64,000 nucleotides of DNA from NCBI GenBank assembly GCA_964016885.1, contig OZ024744.1, positions 111,662,001-111,726,000 on the forward strand. Direction: 5' to 3'. Source of the stretch: Eledone cirrhosa. Its lineage: Eukaryota. A program made the position numbers and the translations under genes. The notes below the pieces were generated by a model. It saw only the letters and a list, made by a program, of their open reading frames with translations, did not search any database and had not been told where the DNA came from. Shown here piece after piece: positions 1-12,500 of the stretch; within the stretch, counting starts at the first letter, position 1; each line of letters begins with the position of its first letter.

Positions 1-114
1 TAAAAAAAAATGTTTTTTCCCCATTAAAAACGAGACAACAAAAAATTTAAAATTTGAATTATTAAATAAGGTAAATGTGTGAAAATGTACACACACGTGC
101 ACAATCACACACAC

Positions 115-609
115 ACTCAAAGCCCCCACCTCCACCAATAGTCACACACTCAAAGGCCCCACCTCCACCAATACAGTCACACACACACAAAGCCCCCACC
201 TCCACCAAAACAGTCACACACACACAAAGCCCCCACCTCCACCAAAACAGTCACACACACACACACACACTCAAAGCCCCCACCTCCACCAAAACAGTCA
301 CACACACACAAAGCCCCCACCTCCACCAAAACAGTCACACACACTCAAAGCCCCCACCTCCACCAAAACAGTCACACACACACAAAGCCCCCACCTCCAC
401 CAAAACAGTCACACACACACAAAGCCCCCACCTCCACCAAAACAGTCACACACACACACACTCAAAGCCCCCACCTCCACCAAAACAGTCACACACACAC
501 AAAGCCCCCACCTCCACCAAAACAGTCACACACACACAAAGCCCCCACCTCCACCAAAACAGTCACACACACACACACACACTCAAAGCCCCCACCTCCA
601 CCAAAACAG

Positions 610-640
<31 letters not shown>

Positions 641-1141
641 AAGCCCCCACCTCCACCAAAACAGTCACACACACACAAAGCCCCCACCTCCACCAAAACA
701 GTCACACACACACAAAGCCCCCACCTCCACCAAAACAGTCACACACACACACACACACTCAAAGCCCCCACCTCCACCAAAACAGTCACACACACACAAA
801 GCCCCCACCTCCACCAAAACAGTCACACACACTCAAAGCCCCCACCTCCACCAAAACAGTCACACACACACACACACACTCAAAGCCCCCACCTCCACCA
901 AAACAGTCACACACACACAAAGCCCCCACCTCCACCAAAACAGTCACACACACACAAAGCCCCCACCTCCACCAAAACAGTCACACACACACTCAAAGCC
1001 CCCACCTCCACCAAAACAGTCACACACACACACACACTCAAAGCCCCCCCACCTCCACCAAAACAGTCACACACACACAAAGCCCCCACCTCCACCAAAA
1101 CAGTCACACACACACACTCAAAGCCCCCACCTCCACCAAAA
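115..1141. repeat. Minisatellite, about 27 units of AAAGCCCCCACCTCCACCAAAACAGT + variable (CA)n (about 36-55 bp per unit)
   Basis: Near-invariant 26-bp core repeated in tandem, separated by CA runs of varying length. The 398-aa ORF here is a repeat translation. Confidence 0.95.
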
Positions 1142-1769
1142 CACACACATACACACAATCACATGCAGGTACACATACAGACACGTGCACAATCACACGC
1201 ACACATACACACAATCACATGGACAGACGTGTACAATCACATGCACAGACACAAACACACAGAGAGGCTAATTAGAGTCCTTAATTGGCAGCACATGTGT
1301 GTATTTGACTTGTATCAGTTCCAATGAGTGTACCTGTTGTTTAACCAACAATAAAGCCTGCTCATTAAAGTAGTGTGCAAGTGGCTGAGTATTCCACACA
1401 CACACACATATACCCTGAATGTGATTCTCAGGAAGATTCTCAGTGAGAATGTGTGTGACATAACTGGTTCTTTGAAATATAAATACATATTTACAGCTGA
1501 GTGGTCTGGAGCAATGCGAAATGAAGTGCCTTGCTTAATTAAGGTCACAGAGTGACCATGGTATCAAAATTATAATTTTATGATCCTTAGCTGAACACTA
1601 AGTACTAAGCCACGTGACTTCAAAATAGGCACACACACACACACACACAGACACTACAATACACACACACTACTACTACACATACAGAGCAACATTCAAT
1701 ACCACAAAAGAAGACTCACAATAAATGAAGTTAAAAATTAGAAATCTGTTTATTTCCAATTCCAAAATA

Positions 1770-1935
1770 ATTGTTTCTATTTTAGGCACAAGGCCAGCAA
1801 TTACCCAGTGTATTACTGGTACTTTATTTCATCGACCCCGTAAGGATGAAAGGCAAAGTTAACCTCGGCGGGATTTGAACTCAGACATGCTGGAAAGCAT
1901 GGCGTCCAACCCTCTACCGATACTGCCAATTCACA
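1770..1935 (-). mobile_element. Cephalopod-type SINE family 2 copy
   Basis: Reverse complement contains GAGTTCAAATCCCGCCGAGGTTAACTTTGCCTTTCATCCTTACGGGGTCGATGAAATAAAGTACCAG, shared with 9150, 18934 and 55449. Confidence 0.85.
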
Positions 1936-1992
1936 GAGCTGTAATCCTTCTTAGACATGACCTGGGCCAATACTGGCCGGAACCTGTCAAAG

Positions 1993-2055
<63 letters not shown>

Positions 2056-2138
2056 AATCAGAACAAAGTGGAGGTGGTACATCAAGAATAAATTTTCTAA
2101 GGATTTACTGAACCTTCTGCTCCTATATATATATTATA

Positions 2139-2172
<34 letters not shown>

Positions 2173-2176
<4 letters not shown>

Positions 2177-2234
2177 AGCTTCTACAGGACTAGTACTGTT
2201 TCATTCAGATGAAATCTTCAGGTAGAAGCTCCTT
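2173..2234 (-). ncRNA. Type I hammerhead ribozyme-like motif in a short PLE-type insert between (TA)n tracts
   Basis: Minus strand reads AAGGAGCUUCUAC-CUGAAGA-U UUCA UC UGAA U-GAAAC AGUACU A GUC-CU-GUAGAAGCUCCUU. It has a 13-bp stem I, palindromic loop III and 2 extra nt after GUC. Confidence 0.7.
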
Positions 2235-2316
2235 CTATAAAATAAAAAAATTTTACTCTGCCATGTATTGAGTACCTTACTTACTGTGGTTATCCCCGAC
2301 TCAACCCGGGACCTAC

Positions 2317-2387
<71 letters not shown>

Positions 2388-2690
2388 AAGTGGAAGCTTA
2401 GTAAAATCGAAGCTTTGGTTGTGGCCAAGCAAAGTTGACCTACAATAAGGAATGAGTAGCAAAGCACTCATATATATATATATATATATATATATTTATT
2501 ATATATATAATATAATATGCCAAGTACATGACATTGCTTGCCTCAGTTTACTTAGCTGACAAACCATTTCACCCACTTCCCACTTTATATAAGTAGCCAT
2601 GAATGGATTAAACTTGCATGTTGCTCCTCTCCCTCTTAACTGAAAATTTCCAGGTGCTAATCAGTCTTTACAGATTAACACCTATAAACA

Positions 2691-3014
2691 GGAGGCACAT
2701 GGCTTAGTGGTTAGAGCATTGGCCTTGCAATCAAAAGGTTGTGAGTTCAATTCTCAGACTGCTTGATGTGTTGTTTCCTTGAGCAAGACACTTTATTTCA
2801 CATTGCTCCAGTTTACTCAGCTGTAGAAATGAGATGATAGGGACTGGGGTCCATATCATTCCACTGCAAAGTGGAGGTGCCACGGCAAAAGAAAAGCACC
2901 CAGCACTCACTGTAAATGAGGTTGGTGTTAGGAAGGGCATCCAGCTGTAGAAATCAAACCAGAATCAGGGAAAAGCGGACGTAAAATGAAATGATGATGA
3001 TGATGATGATGATG
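2691..3014 (+). mobile_element. tRNA-derived SINE family 1 (RTE-like 3' tail, (GAT)n end)
   Basis: A box TGGCTTAGTGG and B box GAGTTCAATTC. The tail GTTGGTGTTAGGAAGGGCATCCAGCTGTAGAAA...GGACGTAAAATG is shared with the RTE 3' UTRs in this window. Confidence 0.9.
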
Positions 3015-3373
3015 AAACAACAAATTTCAACATTCCTTCCCTCATGATCACCAGATACATTATTCCTGGAGCCCCTGGTTACAACCCAATCAACCCTACC
3101 CCTCATTTGTAACACCAGACTGATATCCAGCTATATAAAAGAAACAAAGGGGTCAACACCTACTACTCTATTGGTTATTCTGATGGTCACACCACTTCTC
3201 ATCTATGACACTAGTGATGATAATTATGATGATGTCTGTATTTCGTTTCTATGACTCGATGTCTATCCTGACTACTACTACCTTACTAGTGTACTGGGTG
3301 CATTGTATCGCAGCGCCGACACTAGACAAGCTGCCTTGTACGTGGCAAAACTGAAGAGTTCTTTATATTCCAT

Positions 3374-3399
<26 letters not shown>

Positions 3400-3404
<5 letters not shown>

Positions 3405-3660
3405 GGAAAAGAATGAAATGAAATTTCATTTCTCACTCTTAGTACGGCTGATACTTAAATGTAATTATGTATGTATACGTACATACATATATATATGTAT
3501 ACAGACGTACAGACGAACAAACCGAACATTATAATAAATGTTCGGGAAAACCCATACGAACATATATATATATCTGTGCATGTACGTATATATATATACA
3601 TACTACTGTACGTCTGTATACATATATGTATGTACGTATACATACATTTATATATATATA
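3400..3660. mobile_element. Short PLE-type element, family A, with inverted repeat
   Basis: Shares CACTCTTAGTACGGCTG and ATTATAATAAATG with 3995-4607 and 53128-53530. Arms about 3467-3510 and 3606-3647 are inverted. Flanked by (TA)n. Confidence 0.65.
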
Positions 3661-3994
3661 TATATCTAATTGGAAATCAGTAAAATCTAATCTCTGGCGG
3701 TTTGCAAGCAAATTCGGCCTACTTATATGAAATGATGAGTTAGCAAAGCACTCGATAAGATAGGACCTTAGAGTAATAACATACGTTTAAATAGCTTGAC
3801 AAATCGAACATTGTGGTAGGCTAAACTAACACACAATACATACCAAAGTAACGATAGAACTAATCAGGTTGAGAAAAGTACACCTGGACAAATCATACAA
3901 ACAATCGTTTAAAGTGTTTCTTTGAATCCGAAATCAAATATCAGACTTACGTGAATGGCAAGCTCATGGTATATTATATATATATATATTAGGT

Positions 3995-4607
3995 AAACGG
4001 AAAAAATTAAACGAAATTTCATTTCCCACTCTTAGTACGGCTGTTACTTAAATATAAGTATGTACACGTACATACACATATGTATACAGACGTACAGTAG
4101 TGTGTATATATATATACATACATGCACACATATATACATGTATGTATGGATTCACAGAACATTTATTATAATGCTTGGTGTGTTTGTAAACAAACCTCCC
4201 GTATTAAGCCGTAGTGTCCAGCAACCATCATTGCTCGTTTGTTCAACATTGACAAAGGAACGCTGTACTAGTTTCAAGCTTATTAGCTATCGTCAACCGT
4301 TAATATGCATAAGGTAAGTATATACGTTCAACAATCTGGCAGGAAGGTATACGTTGCTGACGATAGCTAATAAGCTTGAAGCTAGTACAGCGTTCCTTTG
4401 TCAGTGTTGAACAAACGAGCAACGATGGTTGCTAGACACTACGGCTTAATACGGGATGTTTGTTTACAAACACACCGAGCATTATAATAAATGTTCGGTG
4501 AATCCATACGTACACATATATATGTGTGCATGTATGTATATATATATATATATACATACTACTGTACGTCTGTATACATATATGTATATACGTGTACATA
4601 CTTATAT
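3995..4607. mobile_element. Short PLE-type element, family A, about 245-bp inverted repeat containing a hammerhead
   Basis: About 4051-4296 is the reverse complement of about 4358-4607, with a spacer of about 60 bp. Confidence 0.8.
4351..4393 (+). ncRNA. Minimal type I hammerhead ribozyme (GAAA>GAAG in this arm)
   Basis: ACGUUG-CUGACGA-U AGCU AAUA AGCU U-GAAG CUAGU A-CAGCGU. The inverted arm keeps GAAACUAGUA but has lost the C of CUGA. Confidence 0.7.
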
Positions 4608-4673
4608 TAGGCAATTCCAAAGAAAAAGCAAAGGAAAAAAGAGTGCTCTATGTGTAGAACAAAGCTATCTAAT

Positions 4674-4710
<37 letters not shown>

Positions 4711-4857
4711 ATAATAAATGTGAAGGCTAAAATCCGAAGAGGGCTCAATAAGGATTATATATATATATGTATATATAGTTGTTGTAGGGTTGCAGGTGAA
4801 TGTGTCCGTAAGGCGGTATGCTGGATGAGCACTCGATGCTCGCGCAGAGCAGAGTTT

Positions 4858-5155
4858 AATATTATAAAGAACGAGAAATCAGTGATGCATCAAATCACAA
4901 TTTATTAACATAATACATATGTTTCTCTGACCCTGCATTCAAAGGATCTTCAGATATATCTGAAAACCCTTCGAATGCAGAGTCAGGTTTGATCTCTAAC
5001 AGATCTTGCTTCGAGCTGATTGACGAAGAAACATGTGTAATCATCATCATCATCATCATCATTTTACGTCCGCTTTTCCCAGATTGCAAGGGTGGGACAA
5101 TAATATGTTAATAAATTGTGTTTGATGCAACACTGATTTCTCGTTCTTTTTAATA
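4858..5155. mobile_element. Short PLE-type inverted-repeat element with a decayed hammerhead (minus strand, about 4905-4960) and a SINE/RTE tail in the spacer
   Basis: Arms about 4858-4915 and 5103-5155 are inverted. Minus strand reads CUGAAGA...GAAACAUAUGUA. Confidence 0.6.
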
Positions 5156-5165
5156 TATATATATA

Positions 5166-5496
5166 TCATCATCTCATCTCATTTTACGTCCACTTTTCCC
5201 TGCTTGCAAGGGTGGGACGGGAACTGATTCTGGCTTGATTTCTACAGCTGGATGCCCTTCCTAACACCAACCTCATTTACAGTGAGTGCTGGGTGCTTTT
5301 TTGCCGTGGCACCTCCACGACCACTTTGCAGTGGAATGATAGGGACCCCAATCCCTATCATCTCATTTCTACAGCTGAGTAAACTGGAGCAATGTGAAAT
5401 AAAGTGCCTTGCTCAAGGAAACAACACATCACCCGGTCTGAGAATTGAACTCACAACCTTTTGATTGCAAGGCCAATGCTCTAACCACTAAGCCAT

Positions 5497-5499
<3 letters not shown>
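5166..5499 (-). mobile_element. SINE family 1 copy
   Basis: Full-length reverse complement of the 2691 element. Confidence 0.9.
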
Positions 5500-5537
<38 letters not shown>

Positions 5538-6050
5538 CGGTGATGAATTAGTTTTGCGAGGTTTTTGATATGAAATCGTGTGTCGAAACAAATATTGTTA
5601 TACTTGGGGAGGGTCATATTTGTGTAATAATATTACCAGAATTAATAACAGAACACACTCACTGTTTGGTTGGTTTTCGCTTCTGTATCTTTTATATCGG
5701 TTAATTTAATTTATTCGGTCCTCAATGTTGCCATTGACTGACCAACGGTCAAAAATACAGATACAATATAGACACTAACACATATATATAGTTTATCAAA
5801 GTTCTTTCGTTGCACATCTGCAACATCGTCAGTGGTGCTATTGTTTCCTCCCGTTGCATTGTATGCCTACGCCATCTTTATTTAGTCTGACCATTGGTCA
5901 GTCAATGGTAACATTGAGGACCGAATAAATTAAATTAACCGATATAAAAGATACAGAAGCGAAAACCAACCAAACAGTGAGTGTGTTCTGTTATTAATTC
6001 TGGCAATATTATTACACAAATATGACCCTCCCCAAGTATACCAATATATA
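5538..6050. mobile_element. Short PLE-type element, family B, about 160-bp inverted repeat with a hammerhead core in the spacer
   Basis: Arms about 5591-5751 and 5888-6047. The spacer on the minus strand (5805-5832) reads CUGACGA-U GUUGCA GAUG UGCAAC-GAAA. Related sequence at 16070-16690 and 49500-49680. Confidence 0.8.
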
Positions 6051-6074
6051 TATATATATAAAATATATATAAAT

Positions 6075-6362
6075 ATAAAATCATGTAGAGCAAATATTTA
6101 TTATAAGAACAAATTAAAGTTTAAGCAAATAATCGCTGCTTTCACCCTTAATGGGATCTTCTGAACCTAAAAAAATCAATCTATAGATGCAGAAGTAAAT
6201 ATTTAAAAAACGATTACAACCAAAGGAAAACAGGCAGAGGATACTTTGGTTCGTGATGACGAAAAATATGGGAGGGTAATTACGTCATTATGTTAACGAG
6301 AAGAACAATTTCTTGCAAAGACAAAAACACATTTATGCTATAAAATAATTCATAATGAACCT
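6075..6362 (-). mobile_element. PLE-type family C fragment with a CAGAAGA-core hammerhead-like motif (6118-6168)
   Basis: Homologous to 59175-59330 and 62155-62735. Confidence 0.65.
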
Positions 6363-6494
6363 ATAATATATACAGTATATATATATATATATTACTGGGT
6401 CAAGTGATGACCACTGCTATTTTTGTTATGTTATGTACAGACACACACACATATATTGAGAAAGAGAAATTAAAGTTTTTAAACTTGGTTTTTG

Positions 6495-6561
<67 letters not shown>

Positions 6562-7271
6562 AATGTCTTATGCAAGTTACATCTATTAAAGATATCTAAA
6601 GTTTACAAAGATGGGAAGAGGTGGAGTGGAGTTAACGGTACCATTTAATTATATTTTTAAAATTTAATCATAAAACTGAAAACATAATTTCCTGGCAAAG
6701 TTATATAAAGACAAGATAATTTAATAATGCCAGTATATTTCATCATCATCATTGTCAACAACAGTAATGTAATAACAACATAATATGGAAGGAGACTAGT
6801 TAATGAGAAGGAAAGACCCCGTAGGTCAGTGAGAGTGAAAAGAGAGTGAAAGAAATGGTTTAGTAAATATTTATACCTGAAATTATTTATGAGAGAATAA
6901 CAGCTTGTTTACTTAAGAGAGAGCATATTTGGTGATAAGATAAACTGACATAGGAACTACAGACTGAAGGATGGGGGGTGTGGATAAAGATATAGAGATA
7001 AACAGAACAGAGTGAGAGAGAAGGGAAAGGAAGGAGGATAAAGAAAGAGTTGGAAAAGAGAAGAAACAAAGGAAGAAACAAAGTGAAGTAAAGGGAGAGA
7101 ATGAGAGACAAATAGATAGAGTGAAGTAAAAGAATATAATACATACATCATGTATCAGTATGTGTAGTAAGAAGCAACAGAAATAATGTTAGGAAGGGCA
7201 TCTGACAGTAAAGCATTGCTTCAAAAAGTCCCGTTCAAACCATGCCAGCAGAGAAAAGTCAATGATGATAT

Positions 7272-7855
7272 ATCATCATCATCATCGTTTTACGTCCGTT
7301 CTTCCACACTAGCATGGGTTAGACGGGTTGTTCTGTTGTGGGCAATGTTAGGTCGGCTGACCTTGTCTTGCTCATACAGGAACTGATTCTGGCTTGATTT
7401 CTACAGCTGGATGCCCTTCCTAACACCAACCTCATTTACAGTGAGTGCTGGGTGCTTTTTTTGCCGTGGCGCCTACATGTCCACTTTACAGTGTGGGCTG
7501 GGTACTTTTTTGCCGTGGCACCCCCACGACCACTTTGCAGTGGGAGAGGGTGCGGGCATATTGTCTATATGCTTCAGCTTCGGCTTGTACCCATGGGGGG
7601 TCGGGTCTTCTGTATTATTAGTGATGCCAGAGGTGTAATTGGATAAGGTCCGCTTTTATCACCTCATCCCAGGTCTTCTTGGGTCTCCCTACTCCGCGGT
7701 TTGCATTGACTACTAGTGCTCTGCACCTCTTTATGCAGCTGTCAACCTTCATATGCATCACATGTCCATACCAACGCAACCTCCTCCCCTGCACACAGCA
7801 TTTGATTCCTGTTATGTTCAGTCTCTTTCTCAGTTCATTTATCCTTTGCCGGCTC
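7272..7855 (-). mobile_element. RTE LINE 3' fragment with 3' UTR
   Basis: Antisense of the RT C-terminus (RRLRWYGHVM...GRPKKTW) plus a (GAT)n tail. Matches 32340-32890. Confidence 0.85.
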
Positions 7856-7992
7856 TGTGTGTGTGTATATATATAAATATATATATAAGCTAGGTTGATA
7901 AAAATACTAATTTAAAACAATATGGTTTGCCTGTCTCGATTTAAAGTAATAAATCAATAAAAATAACAAACCTATATCGGGCAACAGCCTTT

Positions 7993-8071
7993 GATACCCG
8001 GACAGACCTAAATCTGTTTCGCAAGAATTATTAACTGAAAGCTACAATTCCTGTGCTCTTCTGCAGGTATC
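7993..8071 (-). ncRNA. Complete type I hammerhead fold with variant core CAGAAGA
   Basis: GAUACCUG-CAGAAGA-GCA(CA)GGAAUUGU...AUAAUUCUUGC-GAA ACAGA UUUAGG UCUGU C-CGGGUAUC. It has an 8-bp stem I, a long stem II, a 5-bp stem III and a GUC site. It lies in an insert with a direct repeat of about 55 bp (about 7888-7947 and 8387-8443). Confidence 0.75.
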
Positions 8072-8984
8072 CAGGAAATTCATACCTTTCACTTCATAGG
8101 ATCTAAGAAGACTGAACGATATGCTGATATAAAAGCACATGTCGCAGCACCTAGTGCGTCTCAAACTCATGCCACTAAAAATAGCAGCCAGGTTTATGAG
8201 ACTAAAGTTAGCTCTACGTAAGGAGCCGAGAATATCATAGAATGAGTTAGAAACTCAAAATAGTCTTTTACAATTAAATAGCTCAAAGAAGGGAATCTTT
8301 CCGAGCCATGTAATATAATTGAATATATGAGAGGGATGAACACAGATATAAGTATACATGTGTTCCAATTGCAAATGACCAAGTTAGCTGGTTGAAAAAA
8401 TACTAATTTAAAACAATATGGTTTGCCTGACTTGATTTAAAGTTTCGGAGCTTCAGGGGGCGTTTGAAGCTTTGTGGGCGCTAAAGAAGGCACTGGAAGG
8501 CTATTTACGTAGGTAAGTTTTATAAGTCATATTTGTAGTCTCTTAGACAGCCAGTGTGAATTCATTTGAATGAAGAAAACAAAGAAAATAAATAAAAGAA
8601 GCTTGTCAACGAATTCCCTAAGGAGATAAAAGTAAAATGAAAGAAATCAAAGAAAATGAACATAAGACAAACTTTGACAAGAGTTACAAAAACAACTTCA
8701 ACAGAAGCAACAACAAAAAGAAGCAATGGTGATGAAAGGTGTGGGTGTATATACATACATACATACACATATATATATACACACACACACAGGCTGGCAT
8801 TGGTGTTTGAAGTTGAGAATTTGATCAGCTTTTAGCATGTATATATGGCTGTATATGTTTGCGTTTGTGTTTGCGCTCCCACCAATGCCTGTTGGTTTGT
8901 TGACGTCCCCATAACTTACCACGGTGATGCTCCAGCATGGGCATAGTCCAGAGAGAGAAAAAAAGTAAAGTGTATATATATATA

Positions 8985-9050
<66 letters not shown>

Positions 9051-9149
9051 AGAGGGGTCTCAAACTCAAGGGCATAAAAGGGCCATTACGTCCTGGAGGA
9101 GAGGCACAGTGAACCAAACGTGATGGTGGATGATGATTTTCACCAGTTA

Positions 9150-9389
9150 TAATCATTTCTATTATAGGCACAAGGCATGAAATTTAGGGTTTAGGGTCCT
9201 GTCGATTACATCGATCCCAGTTCACAACTGGTACTTAATTTATTGACCCCAAAAGGATGAAAGGCAAAGTTGAGATCAGCGGAATTTGAACTCGGAACAT
9301 AAAAATGGAAGAAGTACCGCTAAGCATTTCGCCAGATGTGCTAAAGATTCCACCAGATGTGCTAAAGATTCCACCAGCTCACCGCCTTA
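9150..9389 (-). mobile_element. SINE family 2 copy with an internal 21-bp tandem duplication
   Basis: Family 2 core. CCAGATGTGCTAAAGATTCCA is duplicated at about 9332-9376. Confidence 0.85.
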
Positions 9390-9566
9390 TTTTCACCAGT
9401 TATAATGGAATCTGAAATATTGGTTCTACCACGGCCCATAGAAAAGTAGTTCGCGGGCCGCATGTTTGGGCCCCCTGTTGGAGAGATAGATAGATAGATA
9501 GATAGATGTGTACCAAACACACACACACACTTCTTACTCTTTCTGTCTCTCCCTCTCTATATATAT

Positions 9567-12500
9567 ATCATCATCAATTAACGTCTATCTTCCACGCTAG
9601 CACGAGTTTAGACAGGAATTGTCCCACATGAGGCAAGATTGGCTGTCTTGCGGGTTTTCTACGGCTGGATGCCCTTCCTAACACCAACCACGTTCACAGT
9701 GTGGACTGGGAGGTTTTTACCGTGTCACCTACACGGCCACATTACAGCACGGACTGTGTGTTTTTTTGTCGTGACATCTACACGACTTCATTTATTTAGG
9801 ATTGGATGTTGTGGTACCAACATAACTTTACAACGAAAGGGGCGGTGTAGATGGGGATGGGAGTAGGGGTAGTGGGATGGGGGTGTATATTTGGTTTAGA
9901 GGTGCCTACTGACTAGGTTTCGCTTTGTACTTAGGCATGGCGGGTCTTCTGTATTACTGCGTAGCACCAAAGATCTCAGTCCAGTGACATTGTCTTGGAG
10001 AGGTGTAAGTGTGTAAGTCGGAATTTATCAAATCGTCCCAGGTTTTTCTGGATCGGCCTACTCCATAGCTTCCATCTACTGATCGCCCTGCACTTTTTTA
10101 TACAGCTGTCGTCTTTCATGCGCATCACGTGACCATACCAACAGCATCTGATCCCTCTTATTCTTAATTTCTCAGTTCATTTATGCTTTGCTGTTCACGT
10201 ATATTATTATTACACATCCAACGGAGGATGCTAGCTTCGTTCCTCTCCAGTCTGCGTAGATCCTCTGCACACAATGCCCATATCTCACTGCCATGTAACA
10301 TTACTGTTCGTATGCAGGCATCATACAGCCTGCCTTTCATTTTTAGAGAGAAACCTTTAGCGGCTAATAGTGGTATAAGCTCTCTGAACTTTTTCCATCC
10401 CGTTCTGACTCTAGCTACTGTACTTTCGGAGCACCCTCCACCACTGCTGATTTTGTCACCAGGTAACGGAAGGTGTCCACTATTTCTATAGAACCATCTG
10501 TGCAATGGAATGAGCTAGTATCCTGTGGGCACTTGCTACTTATTGCACCTGAGCATCGGCCACATATAAAATCTACATTCTTAGATAGCTTACCTGTGAT
10601 CCCACTACATCTTTTATGTACCCATAGTTTGCATTTGGGACATAAAATGGAATTTCTGCCTACTCCTTTCCTACACACTGAGCATGGCCATTTCCCAGAG
10701 GGGACCTGTGCCCTATTTTACTTCCTACATACTAGAACTTTAGTCTTAGACAAGTTAATTTTAAGGCCTTTTGATTCTAGGCCATGCTTCCAAGTTTGGA
10801 ATTTCTTCTCTAGTTCAGCCATTGATTCAGCTATGAGCATTAGATCATCTGCATATAGGAGTTCCCATGGGCAGCCGGTCTTGAACTCCTCTATTATATC
10901 CTGTAGGGCAATAATAAATAGGAGGGTGCTAAGGACAGAGCCCTGATGAACACTGACTTTTACGCTAAATTCTTCACTATATTCGTTGTTTATTCTAACC
11001 TTGCTGACTGTTTCTTTATACATAGCTTGTATAGCTCTCACGAGCCATTCATCAACACCTAGTTTTCTAAGAGCCCACCAGATAATGGAGTGGGGGGCTC
11101 TGTCAAAGGCTTTCTCCAAGTCAACAATAGCTAAGTATAGGGGTTTACTTTTAGCTAGGAACTTCTCCTGTAGTTGTCGTACAAGGAAAAGAGCGTCTGA
11201 TTAGTTGCGCTATAACTTTTTCTGTGACCTTCATGACCTGGTCAATTAATTTAATGCCTCTATAGTTACCCCTATCTAGGGCATCTCCTTTACCCTTGTA
11301 GCAGTTAATGATGATGCTGCTACGCCGGTCATTTGGTATGACCCCATTCTGTATGACTTGGTTTACTATCCGGGTGACCATAGTGTGTCCCACCGATCCA
11401 GATGCTTTCAGCATTTCAGCAACTATCTCCGAAGGCCCAGCTGCTTTGCCTGTTTTCATATCTTTGATTGCCTTACTTATTATACTATCTTTAACTTGTA
11501 CCGCTGGTTCTTCTACTGGATTGATTTTGGACAGACTATCTTTTTCCCACTTATTCTCCTCATTTAATAGCCTCTCGTAGTGACACTGCCAAGCTGCCTT
11601 CTTATCTGTATCAGTGATGGCAGTATACCATCATCATTATGGACACACTTCTCTCCACATTGTCTAGCAATCCTGAACACCTCACGTTTTTGGTCCTCGC
11701 ATTGTAGAACATGTTTGAACTTTCTTTCCTCGGCTTCCCTTCTTGCAAGGTACACTTGTCTCCTAGCTTCCCTCCTGGCCTTAGTCTTCTCTACTTCCCC
11801 CATCCTGCCATACTTTCCAAGCTTGCTCTTTGGCCTTTGATTGACCCCTCCACCTTACTGTTCCACCACCATGTTACTCTCCTCCTGCCTATAGGTCTGC
11901 TCCAGCCACAGATTTCATCTGTCGCCTTCAGCAGGAATTCCCACTGTTCCTCTATACTGTATGACTAATTGCTCTTCCTTACTGTCAAAAGCATCAAGTA
12001 GTATGCTTTTAAATTTGTTACTGGCTGTGGGGTCCTTTAACTTCCATATTCTTCTTCTCAGGGTGGTCCTCCTCTGTTGTCGAGTACGTCTCGTCCTGAC
12101 TATGAGGTCGTTAACTATGAGGCTATGTTGGGAGGTGCATTCTTCGCGGGGGAGGTATTTAGTGTTTACAACAGATACTTTGTCACGTCTTCTGGTAAGG
12201 ATATAATCTATCTGACTGGCGTGTTCCCCTGATCTATAGGTGATCGAGTGATTGTCTCGCTTTTTGAAGTTTGTGTTACAGATAGTTAAGTTATTTGCCT
12301 CACAGAATTCCAGAATTCTGAAGCCTTCCTCATTTCTGGCACCAAACCCGTAGCCTCCATGGATTCCGTCATAGCTGTCACAATGTTGTCCAACATGACC
12401 ATTTAGGTCGCCAGCAATAATTATGTAATCACTGTTGATTAGTTGGGAGGTAGTGAGCAGTAGCGACTCATAGAATCTGTCTTTTATAATGCCAGGCAGT

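Noticed and set aside
75-1271. 398-aa extensin-like ORF
   Set aside because: The frame cycles with (CA)n length, so this is a minisatellite artefact.
2691-2765. tRNA gene
   Set aside because: The A and B boxes belong to a SINE head with no complete cloverleaf, and it is followed by SINE body.
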